A stretch of 62,723 nucleotides of DNA, filler included, from Folioceros fuciformis (Eukaryota), in assembly GCA_049999805.1 (NCBI GenBank). It is 3 parts of 2 records of this genome, joined end to end, with 100 filler letters (N's around TTAATTAATTAA, not from the genome) between each part and the next. Parts side by side here need not be neighbours in the genome. Positions count along the whole stretch, not along the records: positions 1 to 31,923 come from JBNGIO010006217.1; positions 32,024 to 48,127 come from JBNGIO010006217.1; 1 more part is not named here. The stretch is one strand, 5' to 3'. Below, piece by piece: positions 22,999-33,603 of the stretch (positions within the stretch are counted from its first letter, which is position 1; each line of letters begins with the position of its first letter). The translations under genes were made by a program, and so were the position numbers. The notes below the pieces were generated by a model that ran no database searches, was not told where the DNA came from, and saw nothing but the letters and a program-made list of their open reading frames with translations.

Positions 22999-23984
22999 CG
23001 GATCGAGGAGTCTGTGGTGGTGTAGCACGGTTCTTTCACCGCAGATGCGTTAGTGTAGGCGAGGGCGGGACTTGTCCTATTGGTAGCGGTATCACATGCC
23101 GAGATGATTAGGGTGTCGTAGGATGAGGGCGAGTACGAATCTGTTAAGGCGTAGCTTCAGCTGTCCGCATCTGTTGCTGTATGTGAACTTGTTGAAAGCT
23201 CTGTTGTAATCTTCTGTGGCTCAAGTCTGAATATCACGCCATCCGAGTGTGAACCCTAATTCCGTCTTCTTGCCTGTTCTGCCGTGCAGCAATCTGGGTA
23301 TGACTCGAGCTCAGAATAATGTAGGATGCAGCAGCCCTCAGAAATGCGCGGATTGGCAGATGCATGGAGTTGGTATGACTTAGGGTTGCATTGTATAGAC
23401 CGCATCAATTCCCGTGCGACTTCGAATCACGTCCAAGCGTTGCATCTAAGGGCAGCGATGAACGTCTCATTGCTTCCGAATCGGATGGGAGTTAAGTTCC
23501 TTCAACGTGTCATCAAGTTTCCGGTCCTTTAACGTTTCTTCCAAGTTTCCGGTTCCTGCAGACTACTACTGGGACGGCTCGGTCTCCTACTGGAGTACTT
23601 CTTACTGCTGATACAAAGCACGCAGCCCAACAGACCATCCCGCAGGTGATTTCCAACCTCGCGTGTCTATCCCAACACGCTCCTTAGCTGCAATCGCCAG
23701 GGCAGGCCTCTAACCCAATCGTAGCAAAGCCCACAGCTGTATCAAAATAATTTATTTCACACCACCTCCAGATCAGCTATTGTAGCAGCTTTAACCTCTT
23801 GAAGTCAAAAATTTCCTAACTAGATCCTCAATAATGGCCAGGAACAAAAGCTGTTACATCTCACCATCCGCTCTAAGGCAGCAACAATTCCCGCGAGTGT
23901 CGTCCCCAGAGAGCTACTGGAAGCCCGCCCACAACAAGTGGCTCTAACTGCGGGCTGCTGGCAGCCCATTGACCTGTGAACCCC

Positions 23985-24496
23985 CTAGTCTGCAGTCGCG
24001 CTCCCTTGATTCAATTCTGCGAATCTCATGCTCACTCGCATGGAATGTTTCAGATACTTCTCAGCACAACGTTGTACGCAAGTTTCCTCTTGCTTGTCCA
24101 ACGTCTTTCGCCGAAAATTATCCACACAATTGCTGAAGCACCTCTCTACCAAGGAATTATACATCTTCAAACTGCAAGCCAGCCATGAAGCTCTGTCACA
24201 TGTAGGCTGTGCTCTAACAGCCCCAACCCTGACGACACCAGCTCCAACATGGCCTCAAGAAGACAATTCTGACTCCCGATCACATCCTGGAATCCTAGAA
24301 TCGAATCCTCCGACACAGAAACAAACAAACAAACAGACGTAGAAGGCCTCATTCCTCGACCTACAGGCAACGGGAAGGGGCGAAGGACGAACCTGTCCCG
24401 GACTTGCAAGTGCTCGATCATGTTGGACATCCGGACCTTGTCTTCCTCTGCGAGTGCTTCGAAATCTGCCGGATCGACTGGCCGCCTGTCCGCCAT
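23985..24496 (-). CDS. TIM9: Mitochondrial small Tim chaperone Tim9, 2 exons
   Basis: EEDKVRMSNMIEHLQVRD|SLKMYNSLVERCFSNCVDNFRRKTLDKQEETCVQRCAEKYLKHSMRVSMRFAELNQ; twin CX3C motif. Confidence 0.95.
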
Positions 24497-24984
24497 CTTC
24501 ACCGCCCCAGCGCCGAGGCTGGAAGATCTGCTTACAAGCGCGCAGCTCTATAGCCTAGCGTAGGTGAAGGTCACAAGAAGAGTGCGCTCATTTAGGTCAG
24601 AAACGTTCCCCTTGCTAACTTGACAAAAGGTGCATAGCGCCTAGGTCAATCGAACGTTTGCCCCGGCCCTTTTAGGAAGGTTGCGGCTCGTTCTCCCACG
24701 ACATTAAAGCTGTAGCACATATACATACTTGGCACATGATATCCTCATGCACAGAGTCTACTGAGTCGTATGCAAAGCATCCACCACGAGCTCGTCCTGT
24801 CAGATCGACAAAACTCGCTCCACACACCCATTAGTGTAAATACGATTTCCACGAGTTGGCCCTCCGAGGATGCTCGCAAAAGTGTGAAGAGACTCGAACA
24901 ACGAGTTCCGTTCCCCGCGAGACGTCTCGTTTGTCGTGGACGAAAGCCAACCCTAGGAACTTCACGACTGAGCCCGAGGTTGGT

Positions 24985-25350
24985 ATGGCCGGCGAAGGCG
25001 GACGGATGCCGAGGCCATCTCCGCTGAAGAAAGTTCTGGTGCAATGTGCCTTCAGTGTGAGTGAGCACGAGGATGATTTCTTGAACTGAAATTGGCCTGT
25101 TTGCATCGGATGATAACATTTGCATCAAAACTGCCACGGGCAGAGCAGATGAAGGAGTACGGACAGTGCGTGGCCCGTGTGACTCCCAAGGTAGACAAAG
25201 GTGTGTGCGAGAAGCAATTCCTGGCCCTGAAGGCATGCATGCGAACCGCGGTAGGTTTGAGTTCGAGTTAGGTTCTTAGCAGGTGATGGCTACTGTTTTG
25301 TGGCAGTGATCTGAGAATGATTCGGTGCGCAGCTGAAGCAGAAGGGATGA
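24985..25350 (+). CDS. Small twin-CX9C (CHCH) protein, NDUFAF8-like; exons 24985-25056, 25149-25250, 25333-25350
   Basis: MAGEGGRMPRPSPLKKVLVQCAFS|MKEYGQCVARVTPKVDKGVCEKQFLALKACMRTA|LKQKG*; two exact CX9C motifs appear after splicing. Confidence 0.82.
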
Positions 25351-27032
25351 CTAGATCCTGATTGTGGAACGGCTGGCATTCTCCGAAGCTGGTTGTCAGA
25401 GCTGCCTTGGTAAGGCTCTTCGTCTTGAGGGTGCCAGGGATCGGGGAGGCTAGCATTTCTACGGTGTCAAGGTCGAGGAACATGGCCATTAGTTTTCGGC
25501 CTGTGAGTTGTAGTTGGAAATGTTGCCGTCTCATGGCGTGGAGCTTCTGTTTGTGAAGTCCAGGGACAGACTGCGAGACTTTGTTGGCTGGCACGTGGAC
25601 GTTCGGATGTGGATGCCTTCCATCAAACCTGATCTGTACATATTGATGGGGATGGGTGGCCACGTTCGCCGGGGAGCTGCCAGGCACCAAGGAGGAGTTG
25701 GCAAACTTATCCTCTGGTTTGGCGTGTAGTAAAATGTGGTTTTACTGCAAGGGCACTCCCTGCTCCAGATTGATGTACCTTGTTGTTTAGCTTCTACGGC
25801 ACTCGAAATGCACGTCATCGGTTGTACGTGCGTGCCAGCTTTGTGGTAGCGTTCCACACAGTTTGATCGAGTTGCGCATTTCTCATTTCTCCCGTGAACT
25901 TGTCAGGCCTGAAATATCAAGCCAGGTCACATACTGCTGCCACATCTCACGGACTTACCTTTCGGCATCCTGAATTCACAAACGCTTTTCCACCAGAGTC
26001 GAGGCCTCCAGGAACTTCGTGTTTTGGACCCTAGATGCGTTTTATGCTCCAAAGGAATCTGGTACTTTTCACACTCCGGGAACTGTATAAGTAGTATCAT
26101 AATGGTTTACCTACGACAGGTATTGCTACATAAGGACCATCTTCAGTGCTCAATTTGATGTGGCCACTGAAACACGTCAATGGGGAGACGACTGTTGCTG
26201 CTATGCCTTCTTGCTCTGCTGGTTGCAACGGCTTCAGGTTAGACATTCCTGGCTTGGTGTTGTTTCCTTTGTCGCAAAAATCATTAGGCCCTAGAAAACT
26301 GTGTTCACTCAGGTCTGTGGCTGTGTGTTCAGGTCAGTGGGAGCGGTGGTGGTGCACCGTGTACCCGTTCTCCGATTTTGCTCGTGAGAAAGTACTTCAG
26401 CACATACTTGGATTGCGGAACCCTTACCAGTGCGCCTTAGCTTGTTTCCAGACCTCTGGGTGCTTACTCTTTCAGTGGCAAGATCTACAAACAGATCCCC
26501 CAAGATTCGCTTGCTGGTTGAAGAGCACGGTGTCGCTGGACAACCTCATCTATGATCCCACATCCCTTAGCGTTGTTAGTTGGGGTGAGTTATAAACATT
26601 CTACTCCACTTCTATTTTCAACTTTTTTGCAATGGACGTCTAACAATCCTGATTATCACATGCAGAAAGTTTTCGTAACTGCACATCCATTTTCGATCGA
26701 GGTCAATGTTGGGAACCTTACTGCCCTCCTTAATAAATCTGTCAAAAAATAATATTTATTACAAGTGAAATCTAGTTAAAGATGAAATAATTTAAACTAA
26801 ATATCCTGTAATATTTTAATAACAATGATAGGTAGTACATCATCGTTTTATTCATTATTTACATATTTTTTAAATCTGCATCTTTATTATTTGCCAATAT
26901 ATTTAGCATAATAAAATCCAATTGAAACAGAACAATATAGAAGTACGGAGTGAAAATTTGATATGTGAAACTTTATCCCGAAAATTAATCAAAACCCACA
27001 GTTTCCCTCTGTACTTAAGATTAAAGCTAAAG

Positions 27033-28385
27033 CTAAAGTTGAAACTTAACTTCTCCAACACGCGGTTGGGGATTAGCTTCAGGATCAGAAGATTCATGTG
27101 TTTTTCTCAAGGACTGAATTGGGGGTGGTACAACTTGTTTAGGTTTCTTGCTGTAGACATAATAAAGAATCACTTGAATAATGCCCAAGAGACAACCCGA
27201 ACCATTGGGAATCTGCCATTTCTCACACACAAACATCATTAAATTCTATTCTGATTTTAAATTCAATATAATATACTAAAATCAGAAAAAATGAGCAAGT
27301 AGTAAGATACCAAAATGTATGGATCGAAATATCCAGGCATGATCGCATACAGAGTCCAAACCAAGCCATTTGAAGCTAGGGCCATGGATAGATAAAGAGG
27401 CAAAGATTCCGCGCTCTTGGTTTGAATGACCTTCCTCTGCCAATCACGTCATATCATTATATAAGTAGTTTTCCAGAATTAAAAAAAAAAGATTAGGTTC
27501 CAAATGAAAAGGCAAAAAAGGCACACTTACCAGTACACTTAATGGTGAAGCATACATCAAAGCGCAGAAGATAACACAGACAAGGCCCATGATGAGTTTT
27601 CTGTCCTTGGGCTCGTCTTCAATGAGGAGCACAGGTAGAATAACCGCCAAAGCAATTACAATATCGCAGATAAACAACCCAACGATTTGCAGCTGCACAT
27701 AGTACAAATTGCATGAAGAACTTTGGGTTACTTGCAAATTGTCCAACATCTAACAATTTGCAATTGCAGGAATTTGAGACAACCCATGAACTGTGCAAGA
27801 ACTTGAGACAACCCATGAGCTGTACAGGAACTTGAGACAACCCATGAGCTGAGCAAACTTCACTTAGCACTACGAACCTGAATTCTGCTTTTGGCATAGT
27901 AGAAAAACGTGGAGAGGTAGATAAGTTGCATGACAGCTCCCACTGAATTAATAGTGTACACAAGCATGCCATTGGGCTGAACTTTCTTTGAACCATAGAA
28001 GATCCAAAACACACAGTTGAGGAGGGTACAAATATAGGGCACAGGAGAGTATTCCAAAGTGGTGCCGCTCTTGTACATGAGAAAGAACATCTGGCTGAAT
28101 TGATATTACATTGGAAATCAGTGAGTGATATAATCGACAATAGTTTTTATGAAAAATAAAATATTTCTATGATGAATAATACTTACATTGGTGACAAGAA
28201 AATGCCCAAGGATGTTACATTACCTGTGAAAAAAAGAAAGAATAGAAATCGTAAATAAAATTTAGATATTAAGCAAAATCAGGATTAAACCACTTCTATG
28301 TTTTAGATAGAAAAATAAAAAAAGTAATACCAATGATGCCGAACGCAAGACGAATAAGGTAGGAGGAATGGTGCGAAATCGTCAT
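27033..28385 (-). CDS. SWEET: SWEET sugar transporter (MtN3/saliva), multi-exon
   Basis: RLAFGIIGNVTSLGIFLSP, YSPVPYICTLLNCVFWIFYG, LVYTINSVG, MYASPLSVL|RKVIQTKSAESLP, DPYIL|IPNGSGCLLGIIQVILY. Confidence 0.93.
27771..27852. repeat. Intronic tandem repeat, ~29 bp x3
   Basis: ACTTGAGACAACCCATGAGCTGTACAGGA-type units. Confidence 0.8.
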
Positions 28386-28474
28386 ACTGTCCACCTCCCT
28401 GTGAAGAAAATCAATATGGACCAATAAGTACAAACACCAGCTTATAATAGGCTGAAAGACCTCAAAAGATGAAG

Positions 28475-28695
28475 AGTGATTGAGGAAGAGAGGACCCGAG
28501 CTCAAAGGATGGAGAGGAGGAATAGAAGACACTAGCTGAAAACATGGAGAGTGATACAGGAAGAGAAGATACTAGCTCAAAACATGGAGAGTGATCCAGG
28601 AAGAGAAGACAGTAGCTCAAAGCTAGCTCAAAACATGGAGAGTGATCCAGGAAGAGAAGATACCGGCTCAAAGGATGAGGAGTGATACAGGCTCC
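28475..28695. repeat. Degenerate tandem repeat, unit ~40 bp, upstream of SWEET
   Basis: Recurring GCTCAAAACATGGAGAGTGATCCAGGAAGAGAAGA. Confidence 0.75.
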
Positions 28696-28889
28696 GGAGA
28701 GCACAATGCTTGAGTAAGGCACATAGAAAGTACCTTAATATACTGTCTTGCAATCAGCCACATTAGTGCATGTGTTCACAACTACGAGTTGTGTAACATG
28801 AGATAGAACTTCTAAACATGACAAATGAGACCATAGACAAACTGATAGTATACATCTCTTCGTGGATAGATCTGCCAAATGAGACTTTG

Positions 28890-29072
28890 ATGGATGAACA
28901 CTCTTGGACATGCAGATACTTTGGAACTTCTTGTGGATGAAACATTCGCGTGGCAGACTAAGGCTCCTGGACATGCCGATACTTCGGAACTTCTTGTGGA
29001 TGAAGCTTTCGGGTGGCAGAATAAGGCTCCTGGACATGCCGATAGTATGGAACTTGGTGTGGATGAAACATC
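28890..29072. repeat. Tandem repeat, 63 bp x~3
   Basis: GGACATGCCGATACTTCGGAACTTCTTGTGGATGAA...GTGGCAGA.TAAGGCTCCT repeated with a 63-bp period. Confidence 0.85.
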
Positions 29073-29264
29073 CACTCGACATTTTGGTGGATACAGTTTG
29101 TGCTCACGAGCGGCGTAGAACTACGGAATGCGGGAGTTGTCTTGGATCGGGAAGTGAAAATTTGAAGGAAAGATAACGACGGATCTGAAGGTGCTAGTTA
29201 AACCGTGACAGGGGTTAACTCACATATAGGTGGCGCTGGCCTGTGAGCGGCTTTGGGACGAATC

Positions 29265-29462
29265 ATGGACAGCGCGGGACTCAAGCAGGCGAGGGAGGCG
29301 CTGGACGTGGTGGTGGCTATGTCCAATCTGCTCAACACTGGTCTCGACAGGCAGACTCTCGCTATTTTGGTGGCGCTGTGTGAACACGGAGTTAATCCCG
29401 AGGCTCTTTCTGCCGTGGTGAAGGAGCTCCGCCGGGAGGCTGCGGCATTGGCCCGGAATTGA
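29265..29462 (+). CDS. MZT1: Mitotic-spindle organizing protein 1 (MOZART1 / GCP3-interacting protein), intronless, 65 aa
   Basis: AREALDVVVAMSNLLNTGLDRQTLAILVALCEHGVNPEALSAVVKELRRE is the MOZART1 signature. Confidence 0.95.
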   Translation: MDSAGLKQAREALDVVVAMSNLLNTGLDRQTLAILVALCEHGVNPEALSAVVKELRREAAALARN

Positions 29463-29720
29463 TGCCGTTGCGGAGTGCAGTTGGATGAGGCGCGGTGGAC
29501 TGTGCCGGATTTGTGTTTCTTGAGGCATGGTTGGGAGAGGAGGCGGGGTTGGTTTGGAGGTGTGTTCTGGTCTGGTTGAATGTGTGGATGTTTGTGAAAT
29601 GGCTGGAGTTGAGGGAAGGTTCGGTGATTAGGATGGCAGAGTTCTTTGCGAGGTGAGGTGAGGTGTGTAGTTTGTAGGAGTCGTGTTGCAGTGACGGGAG
29701 CTGGAGCTTTCTTGCTGGCC

Positions 29721-30987
29721 ATGATTGCGTTAGGGTTCGAGGGGTCTGCTAACAAGATTGGGATTGGAATTGTGAAGTCTGATGGGACGATCCTCGCTAA
29801 TCCGCGGCACACCTACATCACTCCTCCCGGACAGGGCTTTTTGCCACGGGAGACTGCCGTGCATCATCAGCAGCATGTGCTGCCCCTGGTGCGGGCCGCC
29901 CTGAAGGAGGCGGGGTTGGAAGGGAGTGACATTGACTGTCTTTGCTACACCAAGGGGCCTGGGATGGGGGCCCCGTTGCAGGTGTCCGCTGTCGTAGTTA
30001 GGGTCTTGTCGCAGCTGTGGAAAAAGCCGATTGTAGCTGTGAATCACTGCGTGGCACACATAGAGATGGGAAGGGTTGTGACGGGAGCCGTTGATCCTGT
30101 AGTTCTGTACGTTAGTGGGGGAAACACGCAGGTGATAGCCTACAGTGAGGGTCGGTATAGGATTTTTGGTGAGACCATCGACATCGCTGTGGGCAACTGT
30201 CTGGATAGGTTTGCCAGGGTGTTGAAAATTTCAAACGACCCTAACCCTGGCTACAATATTGAACAGGTAACGACGTTCTTTTTTGTTTTGTGGATGTTTC
30301 GGTCGTTGGTGGTGGTTTGGCCCGTCGGCTCACTTCAAGCACGTGATGTTCGTCCTAAGTGGCACAGTTAGCCAAAAAGGGGAAGGAGTTCATTGAGCTG
30401 CCGTATGTGGTGAAAGGCATGGATGTTTCTTTCAGTGGCATCCTGAGCTTCATCGAAGCTGCCGCCGTTACAAAACTAGCTGCCAAGGAGTGCTCTCCTG
30501 AAGACCTTTGTTTCTCCTTGCAGGTGCTTTCTGGCTTGCTTTCTGGTTAGCATGCTTCGTGGTGCTGGTAAAGTAACAGTCTTGATGGACACCTGCTTAC
30601 AGAGCTTTTCCCTGTGCTCAGGAGACGGTTTTCGCCATGCTCGTGGAGATCACCGAGCGGGCTATGGCTCACACCGATAAACAGGACGTTTTGATAGTAG
30701 GTGGAGTTGGATGCAACATGCGGCTGCAACAGATGATGCAGGTCATGTGTGACGAGCGAGGGGGTAGGCTCTTCGCAACTGACGATCGCTATTGCGTGGA
30801 TAATGGAGCCATGATCGCATACACAGGCCTTTTGGCGTATGAACATGGAATTACTACTCCAATGGAAGAAACAACTTGCACTCAAAGATTCCGGACCGAT
30901 GAGGTCCTAGCTGTATGGAGGGGCACACCAGCAAGCGAGTCTGTTGCTACACAGGCCCCGCTAGCTGCGAATCTGCTAATGAAGTAA
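29721..30987 (+). CDS. KAE1: tRNA N6-adenosine threonylcarbamoyltransferase (KEOPS Kae1/OSGEP), 3 exons
   Basis: [89 protein letters not shown]. Confidence 0.97.
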
Positions 30988-31599
30988 AGTACACTCTTGC
31001 ACTAGCGCAAAGTTGTCTTCACGACGACATCGTCATCTGTCCAGCTCTTCTGATCCTTCGCGGCCGTCATCCTGGTACTTCCTATCCAGAACACACGCTA
31101 GAATCCCTATTTGCTACGCTTGCCGAGTGTTCGTCTTTGCTCGAACGCTGACTCAAATGCAGCATACAAATGTCACAGCGGAGTGTACCCTTCTTTCACG
31201 ACCAGTCCCACCACCAGCAGAAGGAGCCCTATGAGGAGAGCGGTGGTCGGGCTCACATATGTCTGCTCATACGACTTGAACGTCACAAGGACCCCGACCA
31301 GTCCGATCGCCAAACCCCTCTTCTCGCACGTCTCCATAGCGACACTGAAGGTTCGCTGAGAAGCACTCGAATGAAGAGAGTGGACTCTTTCCTGTCTCCC
31401 CTTCTCTCGGCATGTGGATGCGGCGCTTCGAGTTGAGTCCCCACCGCAGTGCAGGAGTCATCCCTCTGGACTGTTCACGAGCTTATCATGATAGAAAAAA
31501 AGGATTGAAATTGTTTTAAACGTACGTAACTAACATGTTTTACTACTGGGCGCGTGATAATCAAAAGGATTTTTCTTGAACTATGTATCTCATTTTATG

Positions 31600-31923
31600 A
31601 AAAGAAACATCATATCTTGAACGAGAGAAAAATACCCAAACAGTAATGGCATAAGGTGGCATAAGTGAAATAAGATGAAAGTTAAAAGTAAATATCCAAA
31701 CAGTAATGGCATAAGGTGAAATAAGGTGAAAGTTAAAAGTAGAAAGGTGAAAACAAAATCTAAAGCTGTCTTGATTGAAGAAGCAAGTATGCTTCGTGCC
31801 TTTGGAAATAAAATGTATGTTCGAGGCAAAACCTCTTATGGAGTTGTAATGACCACTAGTATTCTAAGATGAGTGATGTGTATCATTCCCAGTTTTAGCA
31901 GTGGCTTAGCTGTGGAGTATAAA
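31600..31923 (+). mobile_element. LTR fragment of the same family as the Gypsy LTR at ~58.4-59.2 kb, cut by an assembly gap
   Basis: Close match to ~58570-58848, e.g. GAAGAAGCAAGTATGCTTC and ACTAGTATTCTAAGATGAGTG..TGTGTATCATTCCCAG..TTTAGCAGTGGCTTAGCT.TGGAGTATAAA. Confidence 0.88.
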
Positions 31924-32023
31924 NNNNNNNNNNNNNNNNNNNNNNNNNNNNNNNNNNNNNNNNNNNNTTAATTAATTAANNNNNNNNNNNNNNNNNNNNN
32001 NNNNNNNNNNNNNNNNNNNNNNN
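31924..32023. other. Artificial contig spacer
   Basis: 100 bp of N with central TTAATTAATTAA (stops in all six frames). Confidence 0.95.
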
Positions 32024-32675
32024 AATCTCGTCTAAACACTCCGCAGCGTAAAAGGAAGGGGGCGTTACTCAAACCCTGACCTAACACTAAACACTCCGCA
32101 GCGTAAAAGGAAGCAACAGCCTCGAATCTCGTCTAAACACTCCGCAGCGTAAAAGGAAGCAACAGCCTCGAATCTCGTCTAAACACTCCGCAGCGTAAAA
32201 GGAAGGGGGCGTTACTCAAACCCTGACCTAACACTTAGTCTGTCCGATGAGTAATCAAACCCTGACCTAACACTTAGTCTGTCCGATGAGTAATTAGGCC
32301 TGACCTAACACTTAGTCTGTCCGATGAGTAATTAGGACGTGGTCTGTCCGATGAGTAATTAGGACGTGGTCTGTCCGATGAGTAATTAGGACGTGCTGGG
32401 TCAAAGATGCTTAGTCTGTCCGATGAGTAATTAGGACGTGCTGGGTCAAAGATGCTTAGTCTGTCCGATGAGTAATGTCCGATGAGTAATTAGGACGTGC
32501 TGGGTCAAAGATGCTTAGTCTGTCCGATGAGTAATGTCCGATGAGTAATTAGGACGTGCTGGGTCAAAGATGCTTAGTCTGTCCGATGAGTAATGTCCGA
32601 TGAGTAATTAGGACGTGCTGGGTCAAAGATGCTTAGTCTGTCCGATGAGTAATTAGGACGTGCTGGGTCAAAGAT
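32024..32675. repeat. Complex array of perfect nested tandem duplications, beginning with LTR-end sequence
   Basis: Repeated AATCTCGTCTAAACACTCCGCAGCGTAAAAGGAAG (reverse complement of LTR ~59138-59190), then many copies of GTCCGATGAGTAAT(TAGGACGTGCTGGGTCAAAGATGCTTA). Confidence 0.9.
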
Positions 32676-32723
32676 CGCCACTCTGAAAATATTTAAAATG
32701 AAAGCCATGCTTCGAGAGGAGAG

Positions 32724-32796
32724 CGATCACGGTGGGACTCGAACCCACAATCTCCCGCTCCGGAGGCGAGCGCCTTATCCATTAGGCCACGCGACC
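32724..32796 (-). tRNA. tRNA-Arg(CCG)
   Basis: Reverse complement GGTCGCGTGGCCTAATGGATAAGGCGCTCGCCTCCGGAGCGGGAGATTGTGGGTTCGAGTCCCACCGTGATCG; anticodon loop CTCCGGA; T-runs downstream. Confidence 0.95.
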
Positions 32797-32920
32797 GTGC
32801 ATGAAGGCAACTGTGATAACTAAATATATATTTTTAAATTACATAATTGCAGAGGGAGGAGTGTATGTGTTTCCGTCCACCCCAAGCAGAGTATTCGATT
32901 TGGCGTCACGACATTGTACA

Positions 32921-33475
32921 ATGCATCAAAGGCGCTACGAGTACGTGTGCCTGATGGAGCTGGAGCACGGGAATCCTATAATCTCCACACACACGGTGTT
33001 TGTGAAGCAGGGAGTTGGCCGGGGACTGCGACCGTGGATGCTTGCGTTGCCTCTAGTGCTAATCACAGCATTGATTTACGGCACGATCCAAGCGGCAGGC
33101 AATGTGGCGATCCTGCTGGCCTTGGTTCTTGCAGGTGCGCATCTTCGGAGAAGGCGCTCGGTGCTGAAAGAGGCTGTCGTGGTGATGCCGAACTTGGGGG
33201 TGCAGCTCGAGACTGTCTACGGCAGCGGAAAGGTGTCGTACCGTTTTTACCCTATGCACACGGTCCTGGCTGCCGTGATCAACGAGGCTGTCACACCCAC
33301 TCGCTGTTACTTTTACTTGGCTCTCATCCTCAGAGACGAGTCCAAGCTCGCGCTGGTCTTCCAGGAGACCAGGCCCCCTGTGAACATGCTGGTGCCCGTG
33401 TGGAGATATCTCTGCACTGCCTTCGCTGCTGCCAATTCCAGCCCCTCTGTTACCCTTCCGAGAAACGAGAGCTAA
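32921..33475 (+). CDS. PIGH: GPI-GlcNAc transferase complex subunit PIG-H, intronless
   Basis: Two hydrophobic helices followed by VLKEAVVVMPNLGVQLETVYGSG..RFYP..VLAAVINEAVTPTRCYFYLALILRDESKLALVFQETRPP..LVPVW. Start could instead be 32801 (same frame). Confidence 0.88.
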   Translation: MHQRRYEYVCLMELEHGNPIISTHTVFVKQGVGRGLRPWMLALPLVLITALIYGTIQAAGNVAILLALVLAGAHLRRRRSVLKEAVVVMPNLGVQLETVYGSGKVSYRFYPMHTVLAAVINEAVTPTRCYFYLALILRDESKLALVFQETRPPVNMLVPVWRYLCTAFAAANSSPSVTLPRNES

Positions 33476-33603
33476 ACTTCTCAAATATAGTGCTTCCTTC
33501 GTCGCGCTAGGGTTTATACTACGAAAATTATCTGCGACTCGAGAGGATTGCAGGATTTTGTTCCCGCGGATTACGAGGAGCAGGAGTGACGATCGTTGAA
33601 GCC

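Noticed and set aside
32240-32675. Repeats resembling a hammerhead ribozyme (GATGAG..GGACG) or a CRISPR array
   Set aside because: The core is CCGATGA rather than CTGATGA and the GAAA motif is absent; there are no unique spacers and the context is a plant nuclear genome.
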